64,000 nt of DNA from positions 29,822,001 to 29,886,000 of the forward strand of contig NC_092346.1 in assembly GCF_963676685.1 (NCBI RefSeq), read 5' to 3'. The position numbers and the translations under genes are program-made. Positions 13,101-26,341 of this stretch are shown here, piece after piece (position 1 is the stretch's first letter; each line of letters starts with the position of its first letter). The stretch comes from Mytilus edulis. Lineage: Eukaryota. The notes beneath the pieces are model-generated. The model was not told where the DNA came from. It saw only the letters and a program-made list of their open reading frames with translations, and searched no databases.

Positions 13101-16100
13101 TCATTTTAAATTTAAAAAGTTTGAAGAAGAAATCTTTAATTGATTTGTAAAATCTTGACATTTGTTTTGTGTAAAACAAAACCATGTAATGTCAAAAATT
13201 TGATCACAATCCAAATTCAGAGCTGTATCACGCTTGAATGTTTTGTCCATACTTGCCCCAACTGTTCAGGGTTCGACCTCTGCGGTCGTATAAAGCTGTG
13301 CCCTGTGGAGCACCTGGTTTGTTATTATCTTGAATATTATTATAGATAGAGATAAACTGTATACAGCAATAACATTCAGCAAAATAAGATCTACAAATAA
13401 GTTTGCATGACCAAAATAGTCAATTGACCCCTTAAGGAGTTATTGCCCTTTATAGTTAATTTTTATACGACCGCAAAAATTTTAATTTTTTGGTCGTATA
13501 TTGCTATCACGTTGGCTTCGTCGTCTGCGTCGTCGTCATCGTCGTCGTCGTCCGAATACTTTTAGTTTTCGCACTCTAACTTTAGTAAAAGTGAATAGAA
13601 ATCAATGAAATTTAAACACAAGGTTTATGACCACAAAAGGAAGGTTGGGATTGATTTTGGGAGTTTTGGTCCCAACATTTTAGGAATTAAGGGCCAAAAA
13701 TGGTCCAAATAAGCATTTTCTTTGTTTTCGCACTATAACTTTAGTTTAAGTGAATAGAAATCTATGAAATTTTGACACAAGGTTTATGACCACAAAAGGA
13801 AGGTTGGGATTGATTTTGGGAGTTTTGGTTCCAACAGTTTAGGAATTAAGGGCCAAAAAAGGGCCCAAATAAGCATTATTCTTGGTTTTCGCACTATAAC
13901 TTTAGTATAAGTATATAGAAATCAATGAAATTTTAACACAAGGTTTATGACCATAAAAGGAAGGTTGGGTTTAATTTTGGGAGTTTTGGTCCTAACAGTT
14001 TAGGAATAAGGGGCCCAAAGGGTCCAAAATTGAACTTTGTGTGATTTCATCAAAAATTGAATAATTGGGGTTCTTTGATATGCCGAATCTAACTATGTAT
14101 GTAGATTCTTAATTTTTGGTCCCGTTTTCAAATTGGTCTACATTAAGGTCCAAAGGGTCCAAAATTAAACTTAGTTTGATTTTAACAAAAATTGAATCCT
14201 CGGGGTTCTTTGATATGCTGAATTTAAAAATGTACTTAGATTTTTAATTATTGGCCTAGTTTTCAAGTTGGTCCAAATGGGGGTCCAAAATTAAACTTTG
14301 TTTGATTTCATCAAAAATTGAATCAATGGGTTCTTTGATATGCCAAATCTAACTGTGTATGTAGATTCTTAATTTTTGGTCCAGTTTTCAAATTGGTCTA
14401 CATTAAGGTCCAAAGGGTCCAAAATTAAACTAAGTTTGATTTTAACAAAAATTAAATTCTTGGGCTTATTTGATATGCTTTATCTAAATATGTACTTTGA
14501 TTTTTGATTATGGGCCCAGTTTTCAAGTTGGTCCAAATCAGGATTCCATATCAAGTATTGTGCAATAGCAAGATATTTTCAATTGCACAGTATTGCACAA
14601 TAGCAAGAAATATCTAATTGCACAATATTGTGCAATAGCAATTAATTTTCAATTGGAGTTATCTTTCTTTGTATAGAATAGTTGATAATATATGTTGGAA
14701 ATTTGCCAGACATGACTATGATGTCATTTTGTATTTTTATTTGCCAATAACTTTATGTAAATAACTTCATTGGAAATTTGCCAATATAAAATGTTGCTGA
14801 TGAAGCTTTTTTTCCTTATCTTATCTAAAATGTTTTTATACGACCGCAAAATTTGAAAAAAATTTCGTCGTATATTGCTATCACGTTGGCGTCGGCGTTG
14901 TCGTCGTCGTCCTGCGTCCGAATACTTTTAGTTTTCGCACTCTAACTTTAGTAAAAGTGAATAGAAATCTATGAAATTTAAACACAAGGTTTATGACCAC
15001 AAAAGGAAGGTTGGGATTGATTTTGGGAGTTTTGGTCCCAACATTTTAGGAATTAGGGGCCAAAAAGGGCCCAAATAAGCATTTTCTTGGTTTTCGCACT
15101 ATAACTTTAGTTGAAGTGAATAGAAATCTATGAAATTTTGACACAAGGTTTATGACCACTAAAGAAAGGTTGGGATTGATTTTGGGAGTTTTGGTTCCAA
15201 CAGTTTAGGAATTAGGGGCCAAAAAAGGGCCCAAATAAGCATTATAACCTTGGTTTTTGCACAATAACTTTAGTTTAAGTAAATAGAAATCAATGAAATT
15301 TAAACACAATGTTTATGACCACAAAAGGAAGGTTGGTATTGATTTTGGGAGTTTTGGTCCCAACAGTTTAGGAATAAAGGGCCCAAAGGGTCCAAAATTA
15401 AACTTTGTTTGATTTCATCAAAAATTGAATAATTGGGGTTCTTTGATATGCCGAATCTAACTGTGTATGTAGATTCTTAATTTTTGGTCCCGTTTTCAAA
15501 TTGGTCTACATTAAGGTCCAAAGGGTCCAAAATTAAACTTGGTTTGATTTTAACAAAAATTGAATCCTTGGGGTTCTTTGATATGCTGAATCTAAAAATG
15601 TACTTAGATTTTTAATTATTGGCCCAGTTTTCAAGTTGGTCCAAATCGGGGTCCAAAATTAAACTTTGTTTGATTTCATCAAAAATTGAATAATTGGGGT
15701 TCTTTGATATGCCAAATCTAACTGTGTATGTAGATTCTTAATTTTTGGTCCCGTTTTAAAATTGGTCTACATTAAAGTCCAAAGGGTCCAAAATTAAACT
15801 AATTTTGATTTTAACAAAAATTGAATTCTTGGGACTCTTTGATATGCTGAATCTAAACATGTACTTAGATTTTTGATTATAGGCCCAGTTTTCAAGTTGG
15901 TCCAAATCAGGATCCAAAATTATTATATTAAGTATTGTGCAATAGCAAGAAATTTTCAATTGCACGGTATTCAGCAATAGCAAGAAATCTTCAATTGCAC
16001 AGTATTGTGCAATAGCAAGAAATCTTCAATTGCACAGTATTGTGCAATAGCAAATATTTTCAATTGCACAGTATTGCACAATAGCAAGAAATATCTAATT

Positions 16101-19100
16101 GCAAAATATTGTGCAATAGCAAGAAATTCCAATTGGATTTCAATTGGAGTTATCTTTCTTTGTCCAGAATAGTAGTTGAATCAACTTAAATCATTGTTTT
16201 ATACAATATACAATGTATATTCACTTTTACTACCAACTGATAGATTAAAACAATCTTTACCATTTAGTAATAACAAGCACTTTTTTTACATTTTAATATT
16301 TTATGATGTATTTAAATGAGTAGTTATTGTTGCAAACTTCATTAGAAATTTGAATTGAGATCAGTTTTGAAATAAGGGAAAGGGGGATGTGAAAAAAAAA
16401 TTTGGGGGTCAATTTTTTTCATTTCAGATTTCATAAATAAAAAGAAAATTTCTTCAAACATTTTTTTGAGAGGATTAATATTCAACAGCATAGTGAATTG
16501 TTCAAAGGCAAACATATTTTTTTTAAGTTCATTAGACCACATTCATTCTGTGTCAGAAACCTATGCTTTGTCAACTATTTAATCACAATCCAAATTTAGA
16601 GCTGAATCCAGCTTGAATGTTGTGTCCATACTTGCCCCAACCGTTCAGGGTTCAACCTCTGCGGTCGTATAAAGCTGCGCCCTGCGGAGCATCTGGTTAG
16701 ATAATGTATGTTGGACATTTGCCAGACATGACTATGATGTCATTTTCTATTTTTATTTGCCAATAACTTTATGTAAATAACTTCATTGGAAATTTGCCAA
16801 TATAAAATGTTGCTGATGAAGTTTTTTTTATTGTTTTATACAATAAACAATGTATATTCACTTTTACTACCAACCAATCTTTACCATTCAGTGATAACAA
16901 GCACTTTATTTTACATTTTAATATTTTATGATGTATTTGAAAGAGTAGTTATTGTTGCAAACTCCATTAGAAATTTGAATTGATATCAGTTTTGGAAAAA
17001 GGGAAACGGGGATGTGATAAAAAAAGGGGGGGGTTAAATTTTTCTCATTTCAGATTTCATAAATAAAAAGAAAATTTCTTCAAACATTTTTTTTAGAGGG
17101 TTAATATTCCACAGCATAGTGAATTGCTCAAAGGCAAAAAAAACTTTTAAGTTCATTAGACCACATTCATTCTGTGTCAGAAACCTATGCTGTGTCAACT
17201 ATTTGATTTTAGATTTAAAAAGTTTGAAGAAGAAATCTTTAATTGATTTGTAAAATCTTGACATTTGTTTTGTGTAAAAAAAAAAACATGTAATGTCAAA
17301 AATTTGATCACAATCCAAATTCAGAGCTGTATCATGCTTGAATGTTTTGTCCATACTTGCCCCAACTGTTCAGGGTTCGACCTCTGCGGTCGTATAAAGC
17401 TGCGCCCTGCGGAGCACCTGGTTAACATTTTTCATAAATTTTTGTAAATTTGTAGAAAATATTTTTCACTGTAATTACTGGGCCAAGTTCATTATAGACA
17501 GAGATAATTGTAGCAACAAGAATGTTCAGTAAAGTTAGATCTACAAACACATCACTATCACCAAAACACAGTTATGTCATAAATTTATCCGTGTCCATTA
17601 TTTAATATGCACAAGACCAAGGTGAGCGACACAGGCTCTTTAGAGCCTCTAGTTTTTTAGGAGAATCGTTTTTGCACAATCGGTTTGTGGCAATTGTTTA
17701 TTTACATTTTCTACATTTACACGTCATCATCTTAAAGGTGCTTTTTGACTGGATGCAGTCAGGTACAATTGCAACTAATGAATATCATTACCTCATGGGT
17801 CCTAAATTCTATCAGCCATGGGTGGTCCCCGTGGAGAGAAAGGGACTAGATTGTAACCATTGGCTAGCAAAGATGTAAATGCATATATGTAAATTAAGTT
17901 TTCATATTTTTTTTCAGGTTTCTCAGTTAGTTTACCAGAAAACAAAAAGAATAATAATGAACACAAAGAAGACAGGAAAAGTTTACCAAATGATTTACAG
18001 AGTTTTTCTACAAACAACTTATATCCAAGGTTGAGTGGAATGTCATCATATGTTGAAGCTGGAATGTCATATGGCAATGCACAGTCACATAGCAATTTGC
18101 CAACACATTGTCATTTAGAGTCACACAGTCAATTACAGTCCCCAACCCTTAATAGACCATTACAACCTTGGTCTTCTATGAATGGATGTAGCTTTAACTC
18201 ATCTGGTCCTCAAGCTTTGACTTGTCAGAGTGGCCAGGGGTACAGTTGTCGTTGCGGTTCATGCCAAACGCTGCATCAACACTCTGCAAGTTTTCCTCAG
18301 TTCCATACCTTACAGCCAAAATCTATAGCAGGCAGTTCCACTGGCAGACCTGATACAACCAATAACATGAACTTTAGACCAGAGATAATTGCCATCAACA
18401 GAGGTTTTAGACCAACATATAGTCCTAATATACAGACAGATGGATCAGGTTTGCAAATTAGCATTTTAAAACAACTGCATTCTGGGTAATCCTTTCAATT
18501 TGAGTAAAAATAATTAAAATTGTGATTGTTGATAAACAGTATATAGGTACAGTGAAATTAAAGCCAATGACATGGCATTTTTTGAATCAGTGTAATATAC
18601 TTCAAGTGAGATTTGCAACTCGATTAAAAGGCTTGATTATTTTCTTGAAATATCATATGGGTCTTTCATTATTTTTGCACACTACTTTTCACCTTCTGAT
18701 ATATTTCTTATGCTGTAAGATTTTCCTATGTATTTTCGAAATTGTTTAGATAATCTTAAAATTAAGAATGAAAGATAATAGGTATCTTACAAAAAATAGT
18801 AATAAATCAAACGTAATTTGTTCAAATTAACTGTGTTTTTGTCAATGTTTTTTTTTTTAAAGAATTGTAAAGGAAGGACAGAGAAAGTACATGTAATCAA
18901 ATATCTTAGTTAACTAGCTCTGTAAATTCATAAAGAATAGCGCCTTCCTCTTATTAAGAAAAAAATATGTTTTTGTTTCTTATTTCAGATAACAGGACCT
19001 TTTCATGTGACCAATGTGGACATTCTGTTATCCCAAAACATGAAATGGTAATTATTCATAGTCGTTTATAACACTTTATTGCAATTGTTCTCTTCAACCA

Positions 19101-21509
19101 TGTAAGTCTTACTGAGATATTGCATTAGATATGCTACAAAAAAATAAGATTAAAAAAATATAAGATGTAGGACATATTGTTATTAGACCATCTTTACTGT
19201 GGCTTTTGTATATAGGCTTTGTTTCTCCATCATGAACATTTTGTACTTTCAATCAAGGCCCAAGAAATTGGTATGCAACAATTTGTTTTAAATTGAGACA
19301 CCCATTTTATCCTGACACATCATATACATTTTTTTTTAAAATGAGACACCCATTTTATCCTAATACATCATATTGTTTTCTGGTTTTTTTTCTACTTGTA
19401 TGTTTTATTTTGCAGAAAATAATGATTTATTTAAGATTTTAATTGAAGAGATCTTGTTTTTTTTCTTCATTTTTTAATAATTTTCTATACATTTATAACA
19501 ACAGTCTTTATCCATTAATTTTTCCAAAACTATGCTATTGTATATGTACTTTTTAAATGTTTCAAATTTTGCATTTTCAGAGTGATGTTGGACCTTCATG
19601 TGAGACTAATTATCATTCTGCTGGTATGTTTTGTCAATTTTTTTTTTTGGATGAAAATTGGATGTTCTATTTAAACATAAATAGTACCAAGGGAAGGCAC
19701 TTTCAAATGGGAAAATTTCATCTACAATTTCACTTTAGTTCACACAAACCCATAGTTGAGGTATTAAATTGTCTCCCCAGGGTCCAGTGTATGTTTTAAT
19801 GGGGGGAAAAAAATCCATAAAAATTGATCACTTGGATTGCTGGAAAGTATGCCAAAGTAAACGGCTCACTTTAAGATCAACACCTGACTCCCTGAAAAAT
19901 GAAGACATACAAACAACAACAAACTGCAACAAAAACAACACAACCATTTAAATAGACAATAATAGTGCATTGACTTGACATATCAACAATATAAGGATGA
20001 GGCTTAGAAACGGGGAAATGCGAGGCTCTGCCGAACTATTTTCTCGTTTCGGGCTGAATCCTTATATTGTATATATGTCGACTCAATGTATTATTATTGT
20101 CTTTATACTGCAATCTAAAAAAAAAAACATTTTCAATTGTTGTTTAATGTGTTAATGTTATTTATTTGGTTTAAATATTGGGGGAAATACCCCTATAAAA
20201 AGACCTCATATCATGCAGGCTGAGAAATATATAACACAATGAAATGTAAATAACCTGTTGAAACCCACAATCGATGGTGAACGAATTCGTTTGAGTATGG
20301 ACTAAAATATCAACAATAAGCATACAGCTTAATGATTTATAGGTTGCAAACAAAAAATATTAACAAGTGAAATATGTTTTTTCCAAAAATTGTAAAAGAA
20401 ACAAGTTTGAGTCTTTCCGCGCATCATTGTATGCATTGGAAACAAGAACAGGTTGAAGAGGTTGTATGAATAATTAAATAAAAATGTATAATTTTGGAAA
20501 CTTCTATTTAAGTATTCATGAGGAAAAGTTATATCGGGTCAGTGACTGTATATGACATAGAAATATACAGCCAATGCATTTTGACTGCTCAAATAGAAGG
20601 AGTGCAGTACAAAAGCTATTAAGAGTCTTGACATATTATGACTTCAATTTTTGAACCCTGGAATTCAAAAATTATATTGAATTTATCTTTTACATCTTGT
20701 ATGCCAATTGTTATTCACCTTGTAGACTCTTATAGAAATTGCATGTTTATGAAATAAAAGTAATACATGTTATACGAATGCTTTTCAGATTAATTGAATA
20801 TGACACATGTTTTTGACCTCTATTTCATTAATAAAATTCTGCACTGCATTAAATCAAGGATTTATATACAAAGATTAACTACTATAGTTGTTCCAGTTTC
20901 AGTATCTATAATGAGCGATTGGTCAACTGTATTTTATTTGATTTATGGGCTGATGTTTTGTCTTTTCATTGCTTTTTGGTTTTTACCTGACTTTATGGAT
21001 TTGAGTGTCCCTTTAGTTTCTTTCGCTTCTCTTTCTTATCGTATCTATAGAATCTTAGCAAGATGTACACATTTCTCATTACGTGAATAAGCATATATGC
21101 TGATGTTATAAAATGTGAATTTCACCGTAAAAGTTATAAGTATCTAATGTTTATTTATTTAGGTGGTGCCTCAGGTATGACTGAAAAAGAATACATGAAT
21201 CCCGACAAAATCAGTGTATTGGAATTAAAGGAAGCAGTTATGGTAATGATAAGAGACACCCTGGATTGTTCTGATTATTACAACTGGAAGAAACTTGCTG
21301 ACCTCCATAAATGGTCCTTTGGTAGAATATACCAACTTGAACAAAAATGGAAGAGTCGTAAAATTGAGAGTCCTTTCATGCATCTGATTGAAGAATTCCA
21401 GCATTACACATTACTAGATCTGAAGGAAGACTTGAAACAAATCCCAAGAAAAGATCTGCTGCACAAAATTGAGGAACTTCAAAGTAAAGGATTGTTGTTC
21501 CATAATTAG
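7187..21509 (+). CDS. 541-aa protein: N-terminal TIR-like domain, Ser/Gln/Asn-rich linker, C-terminal death domain (putative innate-immune adaptor)
   Basis: Exons 7187-7292, 7763-7879, 8561-8728, 9194-9313, 9678-9812, 17918-18448, 18989-19047, 19581-19623, 21163-21509. All GT-AG, phases join into one 1626-nt ORF, with an in-frame upstream stop at 7142. The last exon (NWKKLADLHKW...SPFMHLIEEFQHYTLLDLKEDLKQIPRKDLL) has a death-domain pattern. The TIR call is a by-eye fold inference. Confidence 0.85.
9338..9516. mobile_element. Degenerate Tc1/mariner-type MITE (TGTGGATTCAT...ATCCACA); related copies at ~255-310 and 24430-24780
   Basis: Imperfect inverted termini shared among three copies in the window. 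Confidence 0.5.
11394..13318 (+). mobile_element. HINE family 2, copy 1, with (GTC)n microsatellite and internal satellite-like arrays
   Basis: Begins TTTATACGACCGCA, ends TGCGGTCGTATAAAG...GAGCACCTGGTT. Host sequence resumes exactly as in the uninterrupted host repeat at ~10885-10940. Confidence 0.8.
13462..17422 (+). mobile_element. HINE family 2, copy 2 (contains copy 3)
   Basis: Same termini as copy 1; the empty host site is visible at ~11028-11057. Confidence 0.8.
14835..16697 (+). mobile_element. HINE family 2, copy 3, nested inside copy 2
   Basis: Same termini; the empty site TTATCTAAAATGTTTTTAGATAATG is preserved in copy 1 at ~12575-12600. Confidence 0.8.
19950..20610. mobile_element. 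Non-autonomous element with a ~155-bp terminal imperfect palindrome (Crypton-like, tentative)
   Basis: 19950-20105 folds back on itself (AGACAATAATA...CAATATAAGGAT / ATCCTTATATTG...TATTATTGTCT). The right boundary is approximate. Confidence 0.4.
21163..21509 (+). CDS. Terminal exon encoding the death domain
   Basis: Acceptor TTTAG at 21162. The pattern W-x-x-L-A...I..L...SP...L...T(L)..L...L..I.R.DLL is typical of MyD88/IRAK/IMD-type death domains. Confidence 0.85.
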
Positions 21510-23014
21510 ATCTGACACTTGTGCAAAAAATAAGGGAGATAATTTCAAATGTTCAACTTTCAAAAAGGTTTCAGATTTTGAATTTAAAGTTTCAGAACCT
21601 TGATATAGTATTGTAATGATGAAGAAAGCACTTGTTATATTTAAAATCCCAGTACGCATTTTCAGGGCTATATATCCCAGAAAATAGTTGTTATTTTACC
21701 TTACAAGGTTAATCATAACCCTTTGGAAAAAATTGGCCTTGTTTTACATCAAATTATTTATTCAGAGTACAGCCAAAAGTTTAAAAATACAGTTAACTTT
21801 AATACATACCTAGGTCCTGCTAGGCCTTATTTTTTTCCAGATTCACAAGGTTGTCTGTACTCAGAATAAATGTTGTGGTATAAACACAGCAATAACTGCT
21901 AAAGGGTTTAGAACCTTAATGTGCTTTTTCAGCATCTATATTTTGTAAATAGAAATTACATTATACATATACCTTCATTTGTATATTTTGTTTTCCTGCT
22001 TTGTGTAAAAATATCTATATGCATGATGATTTCGGGTTTGACCCTTTCGAGATACAGGAATTCTTTTTTTGAATTTCAGATTCTTGGGATTTCATGTTTT
22101 TAAGCCCGGTATTTTGGGATCAGGACCCCTCCTACTCCCCCTCATTCATGCCAAGAAAGAAAGGTCATTTTTTTTCTTTGACAGAAGTGTTTGTAGTAAA
22201 ATTATGATTGGCGAATAATGGTGATTGTAAGAAATTACACATAACTTTTGTTTGTATTTATTGATAGGGCACATTTATAATATATAGGGCTATTTCATTG
22301 CAAAAAATGCTCCTGGCCTTCTGATAAGGTCATGTGGTAGCAAACAGTCTTTTTCAAAACATCTTTATCATACTAGTCCCAGGATTTTTATTTTATACAT
22401 TACAATCATGACATAATATATTTTTATATGTGCATCAATTTTTTTAAGATATTTGATGTTAATTTTATTGAATTGAATAATTTTATCATCAAAGGTATAA
22501 AGTTAAAAAAAATTAAAATTTATTATTAAAGAGAATTTTATTGATATTGAAATCTATATTCATATAATATATCAAGTTACATGTAACATTTATACTAAAT
22601 ATCTTATATGAATATAGATTTCAATATCAATTGTAAATGAATCAAATGTAATTGAAATCAATTTTAATGCAAATTTCATTGAAATTGAATTCAATTTTTT
22701 TATGATATTTAGAGTTATTTTTTTGGAGGGAAATTGAAATAATTTTTTGTTTATCAAGGACAATTAGGGCAAATTTTGAAGTTTACACATGTGTTTTTAA
22801 TATTTCCTATAAAGGCGTGCAATAAAAGAAAACTGGTACTTGGAAGTTTACTATTGTTTATTGAAATTTGATATTCCAAAGGGGAAAAAGTAAAAATGCA
22901 TGTTTTATTCTTAAGGGAACCAGTCTCTACCTCTTTAATCCAATATTCCTTTTCACTGGCACTAGCATTATTTACTTGGCAAGCCATGAATATTAGATGT
23001 TTGAAATCTTATTT

Positions 23015-23242
23015 TCTTTTATGTGTAAATATCATATATGTCTTTTTATTGTGTAAATATTATACATAAATATCTTTTTATTGTGTAAATATTATATATA
23101 TATATCTTTTTATTGTGTAAATATTATACATATAAATCTTTTTATTGTGTAAATATCATATACATTGTTATTGTTTATATATCATATATATCTCTAGTGC
23201 ATAATATTATATATATTTTTAATGTGTAAATATCATACATAA
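23015..23242. repeat. AT-rich minisatellite, ~30-33-bp unit TCTTTTTATTGTGTAAATATTATAYATA
   Basis: Several tandem degenerate copies are directly visible. Confidence 0.8.
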
Positions 23243-23674
23243 AGGGAGCTATGGTCTGTGATGTGATGATGTATGCAAAGAAGATTTTAACATTTACCAA
23301 GTTTGTTATATAACATATGTATTGTATACAGTATTACTATTATTTTCAGTGTCAGATCCTGGGGTTGTCCCCCTTTTTTTTGACAATCAATGCTTTTGAA
23401 TGGGGAAATATGATTGTAACCCTCGTTATCCTGGGTTGGAACCCTCCTTTTAGAAATTGGCTGGATCCACCCCTGATTTTCATTATAAATATGATCATTC
23501 ATTGATTGTCAAAGACAAGCTCATCATATAGGTACCTTGATTTTCAAAAATTTTAAATTTATTTGTTTAATAATCCTAGCTTATCTTGTGATAATTTTTT
23601 TCAATGTAAGACATCTTAGTTTGTTTCAAAGTAGGAAAGTTGTTAGTGCTTCAAAAGCATTCTTGCTTTAAGCA

Positions 23675-24248
23675 AAAGGAGTAGGTCCGGTAAAGGCCGA
23701 TTTTGGCCTCAAATTTCAGGTTCATCCAACGAAAGTTTTTGGATACTTTTTAAACACTTAAGCGTCTATTTCAATTGATTCGATCAGTTTTTGTGAAAGA
23801 TTTAAACTGATTTAGTCATTAAAAATACTCTGATTGAAGCTTAAATATGAAAAATCTATCAAATATGCAAAAAAAACGTCACTTTTCAGATGGTTTTGTC
23901 AAAAATGAAAGTGGCCGCATCCGTGTTCATCCTCAACCTTTAAATATGTTTTGTATTATCATCAAATACAACTTACATTTCCATATTATGAATGAACACG
24001 AATGCGGCCACTTTCATTTCAGACGGAAACCGTCTAAAAATTAACCAAAATGCTTAAATTTTGAAGATTTCAGTAATTTAGCATGATTTAATGAGGCTAG
24101 TACGCGATATGTGTGCATTGTATTGTCAAAAACAGCTCATATTTATGTAGCAGAAGCATTTTACTTTCCAAAATATAGCTTAATTCACAATTTTGTAAAA
24201 CTGCTATATTTTGGGGCCAAAAAGGGGTCTTACTGAACCTACTCCTTT
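23675..24248. mobile_element. MITE with AAAGGAGTAGG...CCTACTCCTTT termini (Kolobok-like)
   Basis: Imperfect inverted termini of ~35 bp; the TTAA-type TSD is degenerate. Confidence 0.6.
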
Positions 24249-24599
24249 ATAAGTAGTATTTTTTTTATGCTGTGCAGATACTTTTTATATTTTTTATTTG
24301 TTGTCTGTGCTTGTTTTTCATTAATTATAATTATTTTTTTTTATTATTTTTATAGCACTGTCTATAAATGGCATGTTATACACATATATGTTAAATTTCA
24401 TCATATAACCAAACATCCAAAATCATTATTGTGGATTCATTTATTATCATGAGTATCAAATAATGTGGATTGAGGAAGCATTATATTTTTTGAAAGTTTA
24501 TTTCATGGTTTTGCCAACGTCTGCATACAAGCCAATAGGAAATTTGTACTTATTGAAATCTAAATTTTGTGGTTCACATTTACCCACAAAATCCACAAT

Positions 24600-24720
24600 T
24601 TTTTTTTTTTTTTTTTATTTTTTTTTTATTTTTTTTTTTTTTTTAATATTAAACGTATTTTATTAACAATCACCTGTTACCTCAACCCTTAGTTGCCCAG
24701 GGGAGCAACTAAGGGGGCCC
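24600..24720 (-). mobile_element. Retroposed 3'-end fragment with stem-loop, AATAAA and poly(A) tail
   Basis: Perfect 11-bp stem CCCTTAGTTGC/GCAACTAAGGG (24686-24715); minus-strand AATAAA followed by a ~45-nt A-rich tail; it interrupts a MITE. Confidence 0.55.
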
Positions 24721-25658
24721 CAATTTTTACATAAAATCCATAAAAATTGATACCCCAGGAATAACAATGAATCAACAGTTCATTCAGAAGTCCATTTTTT
24801 TGATATATTTTCTCATGATACAATATTTTATTTTTGTAGCAAAACACGGACCCCAAATATAGGTACAATCTAAAATCTGCTTTAACTGGGGATTTTGGAA
24901 ATTTTTAATACTTTAAGCATAACTTTTACAACTCTCTTAGTTATTGACTTCTGATATAATATGTATTTAAGAGTTCACAAAGTGAAACCAGTTAATACAT
25001 GTAAATCGTCATGACTTAATTTGCTGTCTTCAAACTGTCAAATATGAAACTGTATGAATTGACTTATTACATACACTGTAAACCAATTCATTTGTTTAAA
25101 CTATATCTCATTTGTGTTTCAGGCCCATGGTAGATGACTTTATTAAGCTGTATTATTTTTCTATTTACTATTTGTTGTTGTATATTCCTATAGGAAATCC
25201 AAGTTTGACATATTTTGAACAATTTAATTTTTCATGAGAGAGTCATGTAAATAAAGTCTCTTATAAAAATAAGATGCTTCATAGAAATTTTACATAATAA
25301 TTAAATGGAAAAGAGGATGTTACAGCTAATAGTTTGTGCACATTCAAGTTATATTCCTATTTCAAAAAGTCCTATAGAAATCTCTAATTTGATCTGAAAT
25401 TGAAGTTTAATTTGTATTATTATCTTTCCTGACAATTTGTTTCCGCAATAAAAAGCAAGGGTAAGAAAATTGCATACAAAATTAATACAGTGAAATCTGT
25501 GTATAAATGTCAATGGTAAAACCATAGAAATCTCACCTAATGCTAGAGGTGAACCTAGAAATATATGTATTAATTTCTGTGTCATGTGGTCTCTGGTGAA
25601 GAGTTGTCGCATTGGCAGTCATACCACATCTTCTTTTTTATACATAAGTATAACTTAT

Positions 25659-25917
25659 GGTGGTACCTAAAATTAGTTTGGCTTGTTTAATTTTCATAAA
25701 ATTTTGACAAACATTTACTTTGACCCTTTGACAAAAATATAAAAATTTCAAAATCTTTGAACCATACACTTTCTCGGAAAATTTGCATTGGATATATAGC
25801 AGTTTGACAATCATGAATTTTGATTATTGAGGAGCTAAAATTTCCTTAACAATACAACATGATTAAAACGTGTACCTGATTTGACAGAGTTATCTCCCTG
25901 TAGTGATAGGTACCACC
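25659..25917. mobile_element. Kolobok-like MITE
   Basis: TIR GGTGGTACCTA / TAGGTACCACC, flanked by TTAT and TTAG (degenerate TTAA). Confidence 0.6.
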
Positions 25918-26341
25918 TTAGTGGGACACTAAGAATTTAACCTGAGAAGACAGGTTTTAACTTATTAGAGGTTACCATTATATATAAAAAGAAGATGTGG
26001 TATGATTGCCAATGGGACCACTTTCCACAAGAGACCAAATGACATAGAAATGTACACCTATTTGTCAATGTATGGCCTTCAACAATGAGCAAAGCCCATA
26101 CTGCATACACATTTTCTCTGCTTTCAAACTGATTTTGGTAAGGATTATGCTGAAAGTAATGAATAAGGAGACTTTACAATCAAAAACATAATGAAAACGA
26201 TATACTATATGAAAAAAGTAAAATAACAACAAAAAAACCTTGTCTATGTGTTGGAACAATAGACTTCTATCATAGAGATGATTTTATTTCTTATTTTACT
26301 CTAGAACAACTTTTTTAGAGTTTGATGTTTTTAAGTATGAA

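Larger units (their letters stand above)
10613..17654 (+). mobile_element. Helentron/DINE-type non-autonomous element (HINE) hosting nested insertions
   Basis: Starts TTTTAGCTCACCTGGCCCGAAGGGCCAAGTGAGC; ends AGGTGAGC + hairpin AGGCTCTTTAGAGCCT + AGTTTT; internal tandem duplication; inserted in a T-run with no TSD. Confidence 0.75.

Noticed and set aside
11480-16130. Regular repeat arrays superficially like CRISPR
   Set aside because: These are tandem satellite-like units without unique spacers, in a eukaryotic intron with no cas genes.
12678-17447. Duplicated 60-69-aa ORFs (12678/16786, 13140/17265)
   Set aside because: They lie in repeated HINE copies and have no protein-like features.
18449-18489. 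GLQIS (pLxIS-like) at the end of ORF 18031-18489
   Set aside because: It lies beyond the splice donor at 18449, so it is intronic read-through and relevant only if intron retention is shown.
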